Shown piece after piece: positions 17,994 to 26,398 of a DNA stretch of 64,000 nt (positions within the stretch are counted from its first letter, which is position 1; each line of letters opens with the position of its first letter). The notes beneath the pieces were generated by a model. The model ran no database searches. It saw only the letters and a program-made list of their open reading frames with translations, and was not told where the DNA came from. The position numbers were made by a program, and so were the translations under genes. Source of the DNA: a virus (lineage: Duplodnaviria; Caudoviricetes); IMG/VR virus record IMGVR_UViG_3300042997_000757, positions 30,927-94,926 of that record. One strand, given 5' to 3'.

Positions 17994-18493
17994 TTGAGCC
18001 TCTCATCTACCTCAAGGTCGTCGTACTCGGATTTTCGTTTCTTGGTATGGGTACTCTTATTAATACTCTTATTACTTAACTCTTTATTGGGTGTCACCCG
18101 TGTCACTAGGGTAGTGTCACCAGTGTCACCACTAGTAGTGTCATGGGTGACACTAGGTAGTGTCATGGGTGTCACTACCCCTAAGGCTTCAGGGTTATTG
18201 AAGTTGATGATAAAGGCATTGGACATGTTCCGATTATTGGTGCCTCGGTGGCGTCGTACAAGCACCCCAGTAGCCACTAAACGGTTGACCGCACGAATAA
18301 CCGTTCGCCTATCAACGCCCACCTGTTCAGCGATGTACTGGTAGGACGTTGTCGTGGTCTGTGTCTCGGGCTTCATGTAGACGAGGAGTTCAAGAAGGAC
18401 GGCTTTAGCAGTTGAGTCGTTCTTCAGATACGGGAGTACCCATCGAGGAAACCCTAGGAAGGCCCCCCCAAATTTTGTGGCTGGTTTGCTCAT
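17990..18493 (-). CDS. wHTH replication initiator (lambda O-like)
   Basis: SYQYIAEQVGVDRRTVIRAVNRLVATGVL HTH, SN motif, internal repeats, upstream of loader and helicase. Confidence 0.8.
   Translation of the reverse strand: MSKPATKFGGAFLGFPRWVLPYLKNDSTAKAVLLELLVYMKPETQTTTTSYQYIAEQVGVDRRTVIRAVNRLVATGVLVRRHRGTNNRNMSNAFIINFNNPEALGVVTPMTLPSVTHDTTSGDTGDTTLVTRVTPNKELSNKSINKSTHTKKRKSEYDDLEVDERLK
18052..18175. repeat. Putative replication origin: GTGTCA iterons plus AT-rich repeats
   Basis: GTGTCA at 18091, 18100, 18114, 18123, 18138, 18160 and 18169, inverted copy at 18147-18153; TACTCTTATTA at 18052 and 18064. Confidence 0.75.
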
Positions 18494-18624
18494 TTATTGC
18501 TCCATTGTTTGCGACTGTGGAATGACGATGATACACTGCTTTTGCTGTCATGTACACCTACTTGAGTGTAAGTACGGTGTGATAGTACCTCCATTGGTTG
18601 GTCCCTTTGGTTGGTTGCTCAGGT

Positions 18625-18662
18625 AAATGGCTGGATATGGCAGAAACTGTATCCAGCCATTT
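18625..18662. promoter_or_regulatory. Perfect 13-bp inverted repeat in the divergent intergenic region
   Basis: AAATGGCTGGATA-N12-TATCCAGCCATTT. Confidence 0.7.
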
Positions 18663-18675
18663 GCTGTTTATAGGG

Positions 18676-18681
18676 TAAAAT
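18676..18681 (+). promoter_or_regulatory. Putative -10 element (TAAAAT), leaderless arrangement
   Basis: GGTAAAAT + 5 nt + ATG(18687). Confidence 0.55.
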
Positions 18682-18686
18682 AGGGC

Positions 18687-18863
18687 ATGGCTGAAAAGAA
18701 ACCCACCAAAAAAGAAGTATGGGACACACCAGACCCTTCTAAAAAAGATAAGAAGTTGACTCCTGAACAAAAGTCTGAAGCAAAATCTCGTGCTAAAAAA
18801 GCAGGACGTCCTTACCCAAATCTTGTAGACAATATGGCTGTGTCCAAGAAAGGAAAGAAGTAA
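18687..18863 (+). CDS. Small basic phage protein (58 aa)
   Basis: Not in the ORF track; MAEKKPTKKEVWDTPDPS...AKSRAKKAGRPYPNLVDNMAVSKK; TAATG coupling. Confidence 0.75.
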   Translation: MAEKKPTKKEVWDTPDPSKKDKKLTPEQKSEAKSRAKKAGRPYPNLVDNMAVSKKGKK

Positions 18864-19144
18864 TGGCTGCCAAGAAATCTGATGCGTGGCAACGCAAAGA
18901 AGGAAAGAACAAAGAGGGTGGGCTAAACGAAAAAGGACGCAAGTCTTACGAAAAAGCCAACCCCGGCAGTGACCTTAAGCCTCCTGTATCTAAAGAACAG
19001 GCTAAGAAGTCTCCTAAGTCTGCCGCTCGTCGTGATTCTTTCTGTGCTCGCATGGAAGGTATGAAGAAGAAAAACACTTCATCTAAAACTGCAAATGATC
19101 CTGATTCTCGTATTAACAAGTCTCTTAAAAAGTGGGACTGCTAA
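18863..19144 (+). CDS. Small basic phage protein (DUF6321-like)
   Basis: AWQRKEGKN..GGLNEKGR.SY, SFCARM, DPDSRINKSL.KW.C. Confidence 0.75.
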   Translation: MAAKKSDAWQRKEGKNKEGGLNEKGRKSYEKANPGSDLKPPVSKEQAKKSPKSAARRDSFCARMEGMKKKNTSSKTANDPDSRINKSLKKWDC

Positions 19145-19578
19145 TGAGCGCTCTTACCAATGACCTTAAAACCCTTTTGGCTGACTCTGTCACAATGTAT
19201 TTTGTTGCACATGGTTATCATTGGAACGTAGAAGGTTCTGACTTTAGTCAGTACCATGCACTCTTTGCAGAAATTTATGAAGATGTCTACAGCGCTATTG
19301 ATCCTTTGGCAGAAGATTTACGCAAACTAGATGAGTATGCACCTTTTACTTTGAGCAAGTTTATTGATCTTAGAACAGTTGAAAGTGTTGAAGTAGCACC
19401 TAATCCTAAAGCAATGGCAAAAGCCTTGCTAAAGGTTAATCAAGGTGTTCTTGAAACCATCAGCAAGGCTTTTGTTTCGGCTAATAAAGCCAATGAGCAG
19501 GGTATTGCTAACTTTCTCGCAGAGCGAGACAACATGCACAAGAAGTGGGCATGGCAACTAACTGCTTCAACTAAGTAG
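19144..19578 (+). CDS. dps: Dps/ferritin-like DNA protection protein
   Basis: HGYHWNVEG..F...H..F.E.Y......D..AE, H.K..W.L; start revised to 19144. Confidence 0.92.
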   Translation: MSALTNDLKTLLADSVTMYFVAHGYHWNVEGSDFSQYHALFAEIYEDVYSAIDPLAEDLRKLDEYAPFTLSKFIDLRTVESVEVAPNPKAMAKALLKVNQGVLETISKAFVSANKANEQGIANFLAERDNMHKKWAWQLTASTK

Positions 19579-20343
19579 TTCTTTAACTTTTTCTAGAGGA
19601 ACGGTAGTGGAATGAATACTGCTTCCATCACTCCAAACAATCACTGCAATTTGCACTAAATTATCAGCAGAAGGTTCTGCGTATACGTGCACATCAGCGG
19701 CTACTTCAGGCATGTCTTCACCAAGAATGATGTCAACGATTTCTTCTTTAGAGATTCTGCCAATGTTCTCGATACCAAATGATTTTGCTTGACGACGTAG
19801 AACACCAATGTTCATGTTCATCAGTTCATCACGAGTGAAACCCACAATGGCGTACTCATCCTCTGTATCCACTTTTACAGGGGCAGTTTCTTCTTTTGCT
19901 GGTGCACTTCCCTCAACCACAATTGGCGCAAGTCCATCGGTCAAGTCTTTAATGGGAACGCCAACATCTGATGCCATAATTGCAAACTTCTCTGATGATT
20001 CAGGGTTTTCTTCATCCCACAATAAGAGAAGTGTTCCTTTGTTAGCGCTAAGTGCTTTAAGCATTTCTTTTGCTGGGTCGTCAGTAGTAAATGTTTCTTC
20101 CGCCAATGCCAACAATGCCTTAGGTGCGTTGTCATCTATGCGATGGTATGCGCAAAAACTTGCTTCGTTGTCAGCAAGAAAATCGTACACCGTGGTAACA
20201 GCGCCTTGAGGTTTGCGACGAGCGTGTACTAAAAATTGAGTGTTGTCACCAAAAACATCTGCAAGTCCGTCAATGACAATCTTGGAGTTAGCGCTTCCGC
20301 TACCCAAGATTCCATAAACTTGTTGGTCCCTATTGTTTGTCAT
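19567..20343 (-). CDS. Hypothetical protein with a possible Rho-N-like helical motif near the C-terminus
   Basis: AAGGAAG SD before ATG 20343; LMNMNIGVLRRQAKSFGI.....SKEEIVDII. Confidence 0.7.
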   Translation of the reverse strand: MTNNRDQQVYGILGSGSANSKIVIDGLADVFGDNTQFLVHARRKPQGAVTTVYDFLADNEASFCAYHRIDDNAPKALLALAEETFTTDDPAKEMLKALSANKGTLLLLWDEENPESSEKFAIMASDVGVPIKDLTDGLAPIVVEGSAPAKEETAPVKVDTEDEYAIVGFTRDELMNMNIGVLRRQAKSFGIENIGRISKEEIVDIILGEDMPEVAADVHVYAEPSADNLVQIAVIVWSDGSSIHSTTVPLEKVKELLS

Positions 20344-20353
20344 ATTGCTTCCT

Positions 20354-20608
20354 TTATCTACTAGATTTACGGGCAGCAACGTCTCCTAGAAGGGTTATCA
20401 ATCTGAGAATTCCGTGTACTGCACCTGCGAGTGTAGCGACTACTAACCCTGATGTCCACATATCTTCAATGCGAAGAACAGCGCTAACTGCATACCCCAA
20501 TATAATACCAACACTAACTTTTACCCAAGGCATTGCTTCTTTTGGCAACATGGCATCTAAAAATTGAATCAGTTTATAAACGGCTAGTGCACTTATTATG
20601 TAGGTCAT
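20354..20608 (-). CDS. Small membrane protein (possible holin)
   Basis: Hydrophobic segments and a basic C-terminus; ATGA coupling. Confidence 0.6.
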   Translation of the reverse strand: MTYIISALAVYKLIQFLDAMLPKEAMPWVKVSVGIILGYAVSAVLRIEDMWTSGLVVATLAGAVHGILRLITLLGDVAARKSSR

Positions 20609-22266
20609 GTTTTTCCGGGAATCCAATCAAACTTTAGTTGTCCAGATGAGGAAGGGTCAAAAGTAATGTTAACGGGAATAATAGAAGAACACACTTTTTT
20701 AATTGCTTCTTGTGTTTTCTTACGCTGAACCATGAAGGTGCTGTAAGAAGTGTTTATAGTTCCAGACCATGCATAATCATTGAAGTTGCTTTGATACAAG
20801 AACCCACCAAAGTCACTTGACCCATCAAAATATGCACCAAATGAATACGGTTCTAACATCCAACGAGTAATAGTCACTGTGGTATTTGCTGGTATATAGA
20901 ATAATAAAACAGGATATTTAGTTGTTCCTTGGTTTGAAGGGTTACCTACTTCAAACACACGTCGAGTAACCGTAGAACTATTAATTGTTTCTTGATAATC
21001 TAAACCACTAACAGGAAGTTCAGGCTGTGCTGTCCATCCAGTACCTGTCCAAGTTGACCATGCGGCACTACTTGCAATTTGGCACCCATAAGGAATTGCG
21101 CCGCTATTGGAAGATAACCACCCAAAAGACGTGTAATACCCAGCATCAGTGCTAATTGGAACGGCAACTTTTGATATAAGAGCAACTTTTGTAGCAGTTG
21201 CTCCAGTAACCAGTTGAATACCATTAGTTACTTGGGTAACTGTTGCTGCTCCAGCATTCTCTTGAGTAACACCCCATGTGGGTGTAGTTGCCCCTAAAGA
21301 GGTTACAAGTCGAGGATCACCAATTAAGTTTGCACGTTGTGCGTATACAGTGGCTATCCATGTTGAACTAGGTTTTGTAAAAGTCGCTTTAGCCCCACTA
21401 AGTGCAGACAGGTACCCTTCAATGGATTGCACGGTTCCTTTGCGCCTGCGCAAAAACCCAATGTCACGTAACAATGCTCGTGTGCGGGTTACCCCAATAT
21501 CAGCAACACCAACTTCAAGACCAACTAGGTTGGCTAACTGCCCAATACCTTCAGCCTCTGCTCTTTCAGGGTCATACCCAGCAATTACTGATGCTATTAA
21601 AGAACGGGTGCGGTCTAACTCAAAACCAAAAATATCTAAAAATTTGTATAAATCTCCGGAGGTGTCACGGTCTTTATAGTACTGAGGAATTCGTGCCCAC
21701 AAATCTTTAAGTGAGTTGTAGTCAGTAGGGGATAAAGTTTCTACACTAGAAAGTTTTTCATACCAATAACTACCATTACCACCAGCGTCTTGGTAATAAC
21801 GACCAAACAAAGAATAATAACCCCATGAACCACTAGATACATTTTGATGGGTAATTTCCTGTATGGCAATGTTTCGTTCTGTTGGGTCTACGTTATTTTC
21901 ATCATAAATGGTTGTTCCATCGTTGGCAGATTCTGGGTACCCTGTTAAAGAATAAACAACTTTTATACCTATAAGACCGCTGTCATTTGTTTCAATAGCA
22001 CTAACTGTTGTTGGTACTTCTGTTAAAGACCAGCGAAGAATGTTAGCGGTATGTTCAATTGCAAAGGCTTCAAAGAAAGAAGTTCCACCAACGTCTGCGG
22101 CTAGTACTAGGTTTCTTGACCGAAGACCACGGTCGTTATCTTGCACATTGGCAGCAACTCCAGCAACTCCTTGCCACGCAGGAGTACCACGGGTAAATGA
22201 ACCAGCATTAACTAATTCACCTGAAACATTGGAGTCACGACGAAGTCTAAAAGAAACTCTACCCAT
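20605..22266 (-). CDS. Baseplate wedge/tail protein (P2 gpI-like domain)
   Basis: IPQYY..D....LYKFL..FG.ELD, LA..VG, RRKGT..I; follows baseplate J. Confidence 0.75.
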   Translation of the reverse strand: MGRVSFRLRRDSNVSGELVNAGSFTRGTPAWQGVAGVAANVQDNDRGLRSRNLVLAADVGGTSFFEAFAIEHTANILRWSLTEVPTTVSAIETNDSGLIGIKVVYSLTGYPESANDGTTIYDENNVDPTERNIAIQEITHQNVSSGSWGYYSLFGRYYQDAGGNGSYWYEKLSSVETLSPTDYNSLKDLWARIPQYYKDRDTSGDLYKFLDIFGFELDRTRSLIASVIAGYDPERAEAEGIGQLANLVGLEVGVADIGVTRTRALLRDIGFLRRRKGTVQSIEGYLSALSGAKATFTKPSSTWIATVYAQRANLIGDPRLVTSLGATTPTWGVTQENAGAATVTQVTNGIQLVTGATATKVALISKVAVPISTDAGYYTSFGWLSSNSGAIPYGCQIASSAAWSTWTGTGWTAQPELPVSGLDYQETINSSTVTRRVFEVGNPSNQGTTKYPVLLFYIPANTTVTITRWMLEPYSFGAYFDGSSDFGGFLYQSNFNDYAWSGTINTSYSTFMVQRKKTQEAIKKVCSSIIPVNITFDPSSSGQLKFDWIPGKT

Positions 22267-22268
22267 TA

Positions 22269-23864
22269 CTATGCCCCTCCACTAGCCACGATGCCACCTG
22301 TTGCGGTAATTGACGGCTTATTATCAGATGGAATAAATAATAAAGTATCAGCAGTTGCAGATATTCCACTAAAGGTTCCACTAGACGCAATGTTGTTTGC
22401 AGTTCCTATGGTATTAAACCTAGTTACTTGCGTGTAATCCACACCCTCAACTGCCAAGATTGTTCTATAGAGCGCTCCTAAAGAAACACTTCCACCAAAT
22501 TCAACGTTTTCAAAAGAAAACAAATCAAGTATTGCAGTGTTAACGGCATTAACCACGGTTTCCCGAACGTAGCCACCAAGTACTGCCATGTTTATAGTTA
22601 TATAAGCAGGGGTCAAAGTAACAGAGGTGGCAACTGAATAGGAAACTCCCGCCACTGTTCTTGTAGATAAGTAAGTATTAACGTCTGTAACAATACTATT
22701 TGTAGTTAAATCAATTGAGTTTGCGGCTAGTGCTCTTGAGGCATAATCCCCTTGTAAAGGAAGCACAGAAACCACAACAGCACTACCCGATAACTTTGAT
22801 TGTGCTTTAACAACTCCCGGAACACGTAAAGCAAGATCTTTGTAGTCTTGCAAAGACACAGCACGGTCTTGTGTGCGGTATGCCAGAGGGATGTTTACTT
22901 TCATAGACATCATTGATTCGGCATCTGACCCACCAGTTGTTGCAGTTGTGTTTCCTACCACAACCACTCCTGTTAAAGAGGTTCCGCTAGGGAGAATAGT
23001 TGAATCAAAGGCAGTTATTGATCGGGCAGGAAGGTTTCCTGCTGATCCACGGCTTCGACGGTAACTGATACGTATTTGAGCATTAGGAATGGGGATATTA
23101 CCGTTAACACCATTACCAAAGTAAACGTACAAATAATCGTCAGAGGTGTATTGGGTGGTATACACATTAGATGAACTTACTGCGTCTAGTAGGCGATCCA
23201 CATAGGTGTATTCCACATAGGCACCGCCAACCCCTTCAGCCACGTCTACGGCAAGGGAGTAGTTCGCAATACCCGTGTTAGCAAGTTTAATTCTTTGTCC
23301 TGCACTACCCGTAGCACTGAAAAACTCAGTGTAACGTTCTCCCTCAGTTACATTTAATGCAACACCTGTTCCAGCAGTTGCCCCCTTGGAGTAGGTAGCA
23401 TATGTGACGTTATTACTGTCAGTGTACGCTGCCCCTGTTTCGTTAAAAGCAACAGGAAAATCAAGTGTAAAAATTACACTACTAGCCGAAGATACTTTTG
23501 GAGTAGCCGTAAAACGCCAATATTTAGGAAGAATAATAGGTGACGCATCAGTTGCAGCAGATTGTGACGCATCTACATAAACTGATCCTCTTGCAGGGAT
23601 ACGTCCACTAGGAATGTAGTCAAGAAGGTTAGCAATAGATAAAACGCTTTCCCGTTGTGTAGCCGTGGCAAGGTTGGATTCTCCAGCCGCACGGTCAACA
23701 TAGTAATGGAGAACGTCACCCATATATGCCCACAGATCGACCATGACCATACCAAAGTCCGATGGATCACGAGATGTCCAACTAGGGATAACTACTGAGG
23801 CACGTTCCAAAAGATCATTTTGAATAGACGTATAGTCTCGGCTGGTGTAATCAAAAGTGGTCAT
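22269..23864 (-). CDS. Baseplate J-like wedge protein
   Basis: DYTSRDY, WT....SDFG, YFGNG.NG.IP, GGSDAES, RAVSLQDY. Confidence 0.92.
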   Translation of the reverse strand: MTTFDYTSRDYTSIQNDLLERASVVIPSWTSRDPSDFGMVMVDLWAYMGDVLHYYVDRAAGESNLATATQRESVLSIANLLDYIPSGRIPARGSVYVDASQSAATDASPIILPKYWRFTATPKVSSASSVIFTLDFPVAFNETGAAYTDSNNVTYATYSKGATAGTGVALNVTEGERYTEFFSATGSAGQRIKLANTGIANYSLAVDVAEGVGGAYVEYTYVDRLLDAVSSSNVYTTQYTSDDYLYVYFGNGVNGNIPIPNAQIRISYRRSRGSAGNLPARSITAFDSTILPSGTSLTGVVVVGNTTATTGGSDAESMMSMKVNIPLAYRTQDRAVSLQDYKDLALRVPGVVKAQSKLSGSAVVVSVLPLQGDYASRALAANSIDLTTNSIVTDVNTYLSTRTVAGVSYSVATSVTLTPAYITINMAVLGGYVRETVVNAVNTAILDLFSFENVEFGGSVSLGALYRTILAVEGVDYTQVTRFNTIGTANNIASSGTFSGISATADTLLFIPSDNKPSITATGGIVASGGA

Positions 23865-24271
23865 AATGTTGACTCCTGTGTCAATATGTTGGGGTCACCC
23901 AAATAGAAAGAAAAAGTTTGGCGGTCAAAAGGTCCTACGCTATATCGTACCCCAATGTTTAAAGTCGTTTCATAATCATCTGAGGAAAATGAGTTAGCGG
24001 GGCTAACTACTAGGTCTTCAATATTTACACCACTAGTAAAACGAGAAAGTTCATTTAAAGCATCTACCCTGAATTCGCCATAAAGAAGATCATCAACAGG
24101 CTCAAAGAGTAGTTCCATGGCGTTACCTCCATACGATGGGCGCATCACCCGTTCCCCTTTAGTAGTAACGAGGACATCAATAATACGTTGTTCGGCGGCT
24201 TTCTTTTGATCGGTTATTTCACCGACTTTGCCATTTTCTTTAATTTTAAAAGGAACTGCAATAGTTGTCAT
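23861..24271 (-). CDS. gp25/GPW-like baseplate protein
   Basis: T.KGERVMRPSYG.....LLFEP. Confidence 0.9.
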   Translation of the reverse strand: MTTIAVPFKIKENGKVGEITDQKKAAEQRIIDVLVTTKGERVMRPSYGGNAMELLFEPVDDLLYGEFRVDALNELSRFTSGVNIEDLVVSPANSFSSDDYETTLNIGVRYSVGPFDRQTFSFYLGDPNILTQESTL

Positions 24272-24277
24272 TGTTAG

Positions 24278-24997
24278 TTAAAATCTCCTTACCGGACGAA
24301 CATATTGGTTTTGCGACTTGCCTTGCGTATCTAAAAGTGCTGTATGAAAACTGTGGTACCAAGCAGCGTTTGCAGCGCTCTCAGTTGAACTCCAATATCC
24401 GCCATTGATAAAAGAGCCAACGTCCAATTGATTGTATACAACATTGCGAATTAGTTGTAATTCTGAAATACTTGGGAGATACCAATCAGATTGACCACCC
24501 GATACTAGGTCGGCACAATATTTTGCGGCACAGGTTGCGGCGACATTGCCCGATTGAGAAACTATATCTATTGTGTTCTGATAACCAGCACCCAATGCCC
24601 TTGAATCAGCACCAGAAACGGTTGTTGATTGGTTTGAGTTAACATTGGTAGCCCAACTTCTTGGAACTTGTGTACTAACTGGGGCTACTTCAAGGTACGT
24701 AAACCCTGCATATTCATCATACCTATCAACAAAAAAGATAACGCCACCACCGGGTCCTGTATCCCCAACTTTGTACGTAAAGGTTGGGACAGCGTCTGTT
24801 TGTATCCAAAATACGTTAGTAAAGTTAGAGTCATCAGAAGTAATTAATATTTGTTCCCCTATATCAGGAACAACCCACGGTGCTTTGCGCCCAATCTTTG
24901 AAAGGGCAATAACAGAGTTAAGTCCAGTTACCGAAGGAATCTTTACATGGATGTCCCCAGTAGTGGAGTTACTGTAGTTAACAATTGCTCTATGCAT
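24278..24997 (-). CDS. Baseplate spike-like OB-fold protein fused to a DUF1566/Lcl (C-type lectin fold) domain
   Basis: N-term RAIV...G.I.VKIP...VPDIGEQI; C-term YKVGDTGPGGG.IF, DWYLPS..EL, YWSSTE, AW, VRPVRRF. Confidence 0.78.
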   Translation of the reverse strand: MHRAIVNYSNSTTGDIHVKIPSVTGLNSVIALSKIGRKAPWVVPDIGEQILITSDDSNFTNVFWIQTDAVPTFTYKVGDTGPGGGVIFFVDRYDEYAGFTYLEVAPVSTQVPRSWATNVNSNQSTTVSGADSRALGAGYQNTIDIVSQSGNVAATCAAKYCADLVSGGQSDWYLPSISELQLIRNVVYNQLDVGSFINGGYWSSTESAANAAWYHSFHTALLDTQGKSQNQYVRPVRRF

Positions 24998-26156
24998 ATA
25001 CGTTTTCTGTCCTTGTTTCAGCAACCCAAACACCCTGTTTTAGCACAGGTGGAGCAGGGAATACATAAGGTTGACCATTAGCAATAACAGGGTTACTCTC
25101 ATTGGTCGAATCTCTTACAATACATAATTCAGTAATGTAATTAGATCTTGTTACTTTTTGGGTTACTTTTTGTACCATCCAAAAACCATCAAAGCGGCTG
25201 TCGTATTTAGATAATTTTATAAGTGAACCGGGAACTATTTCAGGAATACCTGTGACTACTACTTCTGCATGAAAAGGGGCACGGTTTTTCTTGGTGGCTA
25301 ATGCATACTTTTCTAAAGCCTCTTTAGAAGTTGTATTAAAAGTTACTGTGTCATTAAACCGAGCGGGAAAGACTAAACCCAATCCCATGGACTCCCCATC
25401 AGTGGAGTATGTTAATAACTTTCCATCATTGTCAAGCGTTTCAAAAGTAAATGTGTTTGACGACCCCAGTGGAGTGAGGGAACCAAAGGTACCCCTAAAC
25501 TCCATAACACGTCCGGGATAGTACGAAGCATTTCCCTGCTCATCGGAAAGGGTTGTTAACTCTGCGTAAGGCATTGCCCGAGAGATTGTTTTATATGGGT
25601 CGTAGACATGTATGTGCCCACCGCTAGTAGTAACACGGTAACCAAGCATGTTGCATGCTTTAACTAACAGTTCCCAGTCAGACTCTTGGGATTGAACTAA
25701 TCTAGAAATAATAAATGAATCGTCTGGAACAGCATAAGAATACCCATATTCCATGGCAACAGTAGAAACAATGTTTTTGATGTTTTGCAAATCCCATGAA
25801 CGGCTTTTCTTTGCCTTCATGTCATAACTTGCGCCAAAGCAAACAACATGTGCTTTTTGTATAGGGCTTTTGTTTATGTACCCTTTACGGGTTATAGCCT
25901 CAGGTTCAACAAAAGCAATATAACCATAAAAGTTAGAAACTTGTGTGGGACTGTATTGAATAGAGATAAACACAGGGCGGTTGAGGTAGTCAGTGACCGC
26001 TTTTGGCACAAGACCTGTAAAAGTAAACTCAGCAAAATCGTGTTCATTTTCAGAAAATGAAAATTGAATAGACTCTATAGAGGTGTAATCAACGGGCACT
26101 CCGTCAATGGTTATTTTAACGGTTGGCGAGTTAGGGAAAGAACTTTTAAATATCAT
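24990..26156 (-). CDS. Baseplate hub (gpD/gp27-like)
   Basis: Q..ESDWELL, G.PEI.PG..I.L......DGFW.V..V; position between LysM and spike genes. Confidence 0.8.
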   Translation of the reverse strand: MIFKSSFPNSPTVKITIDGVPVDYTSIESIQFSFSENEHDFAEFTFTGLVPKAVTDYLNRPVFISIQYSPTQVSNFYGYIAFVEPEAITRKGYINKSPIQKAHVVCFGASYDMKAKKSRSWDLQNIKNIVSTVAMEYGYSYAVPDDSFIISRLVQSQESDWELLVKACNMLGYRVTTSGGHIHVYDPYKTISRAMPYAELTTLSDEQGNASYYPGRVMEFRGTFGSLTPLGSSNTFTFETLDNDGKLLTYSTDGESMGLGLVFPARFNDTVTFNTTSKEALEKYALATKKNRAPFHAEVVVTGIPEIVPGSLIKLSKYDSRFDGFWMVQKVTQKVTRSNYITELCIVRDSTNESNPVIANGQPYVFPAPPVLKQGVWVAETRTENVYA

Positions 26157-26398
26157 TCAGGAAGTCTCAGTACATCCCCAAAATGTATTGCGTTAGGAAA
26201 AACAATATGGGGGTTCATATCGGCAATACGCCAATACAAAGAAGGGTCGCCGTAAAGTTCGGTTGCAATAAGATCCAACGTGTCGCCTTCACGAACTGTA
26301 TACACAGAATACTTTTCCGTATACTTTGGTTTGCGAACAGCAACAACTGTTCCATCAGCCGCTACCGATGTTGTATACCGTGAAGCAAAAGTAATCAT
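26153..26398 (-). CDS. LysM/tail protein X-like
   Basis: [27 protein letters not shown]......GDVLRLP. Confidence 0.9.
   Translation of the reverse strand: MITFASRYTTSVAADGTVVAVRKPKYTEKYSVYTVREGDTLDLIATELYGDPSLYWRIADMNPHIVFPNAIHFGDVLRLPE

Noticed and set aside
18091-18175. Short repeats as a CRISPR or mini-array
   Set aside because: Units are 6-7 bp with 9-15 nt spacing inside a coding gene, which fits iterons.
24278-24420. Complete diversity-generating retroelement
   Set aside because: No reverse transcriptase ORF and no second copy of this region noticed in the window; only the target-like domain is present.
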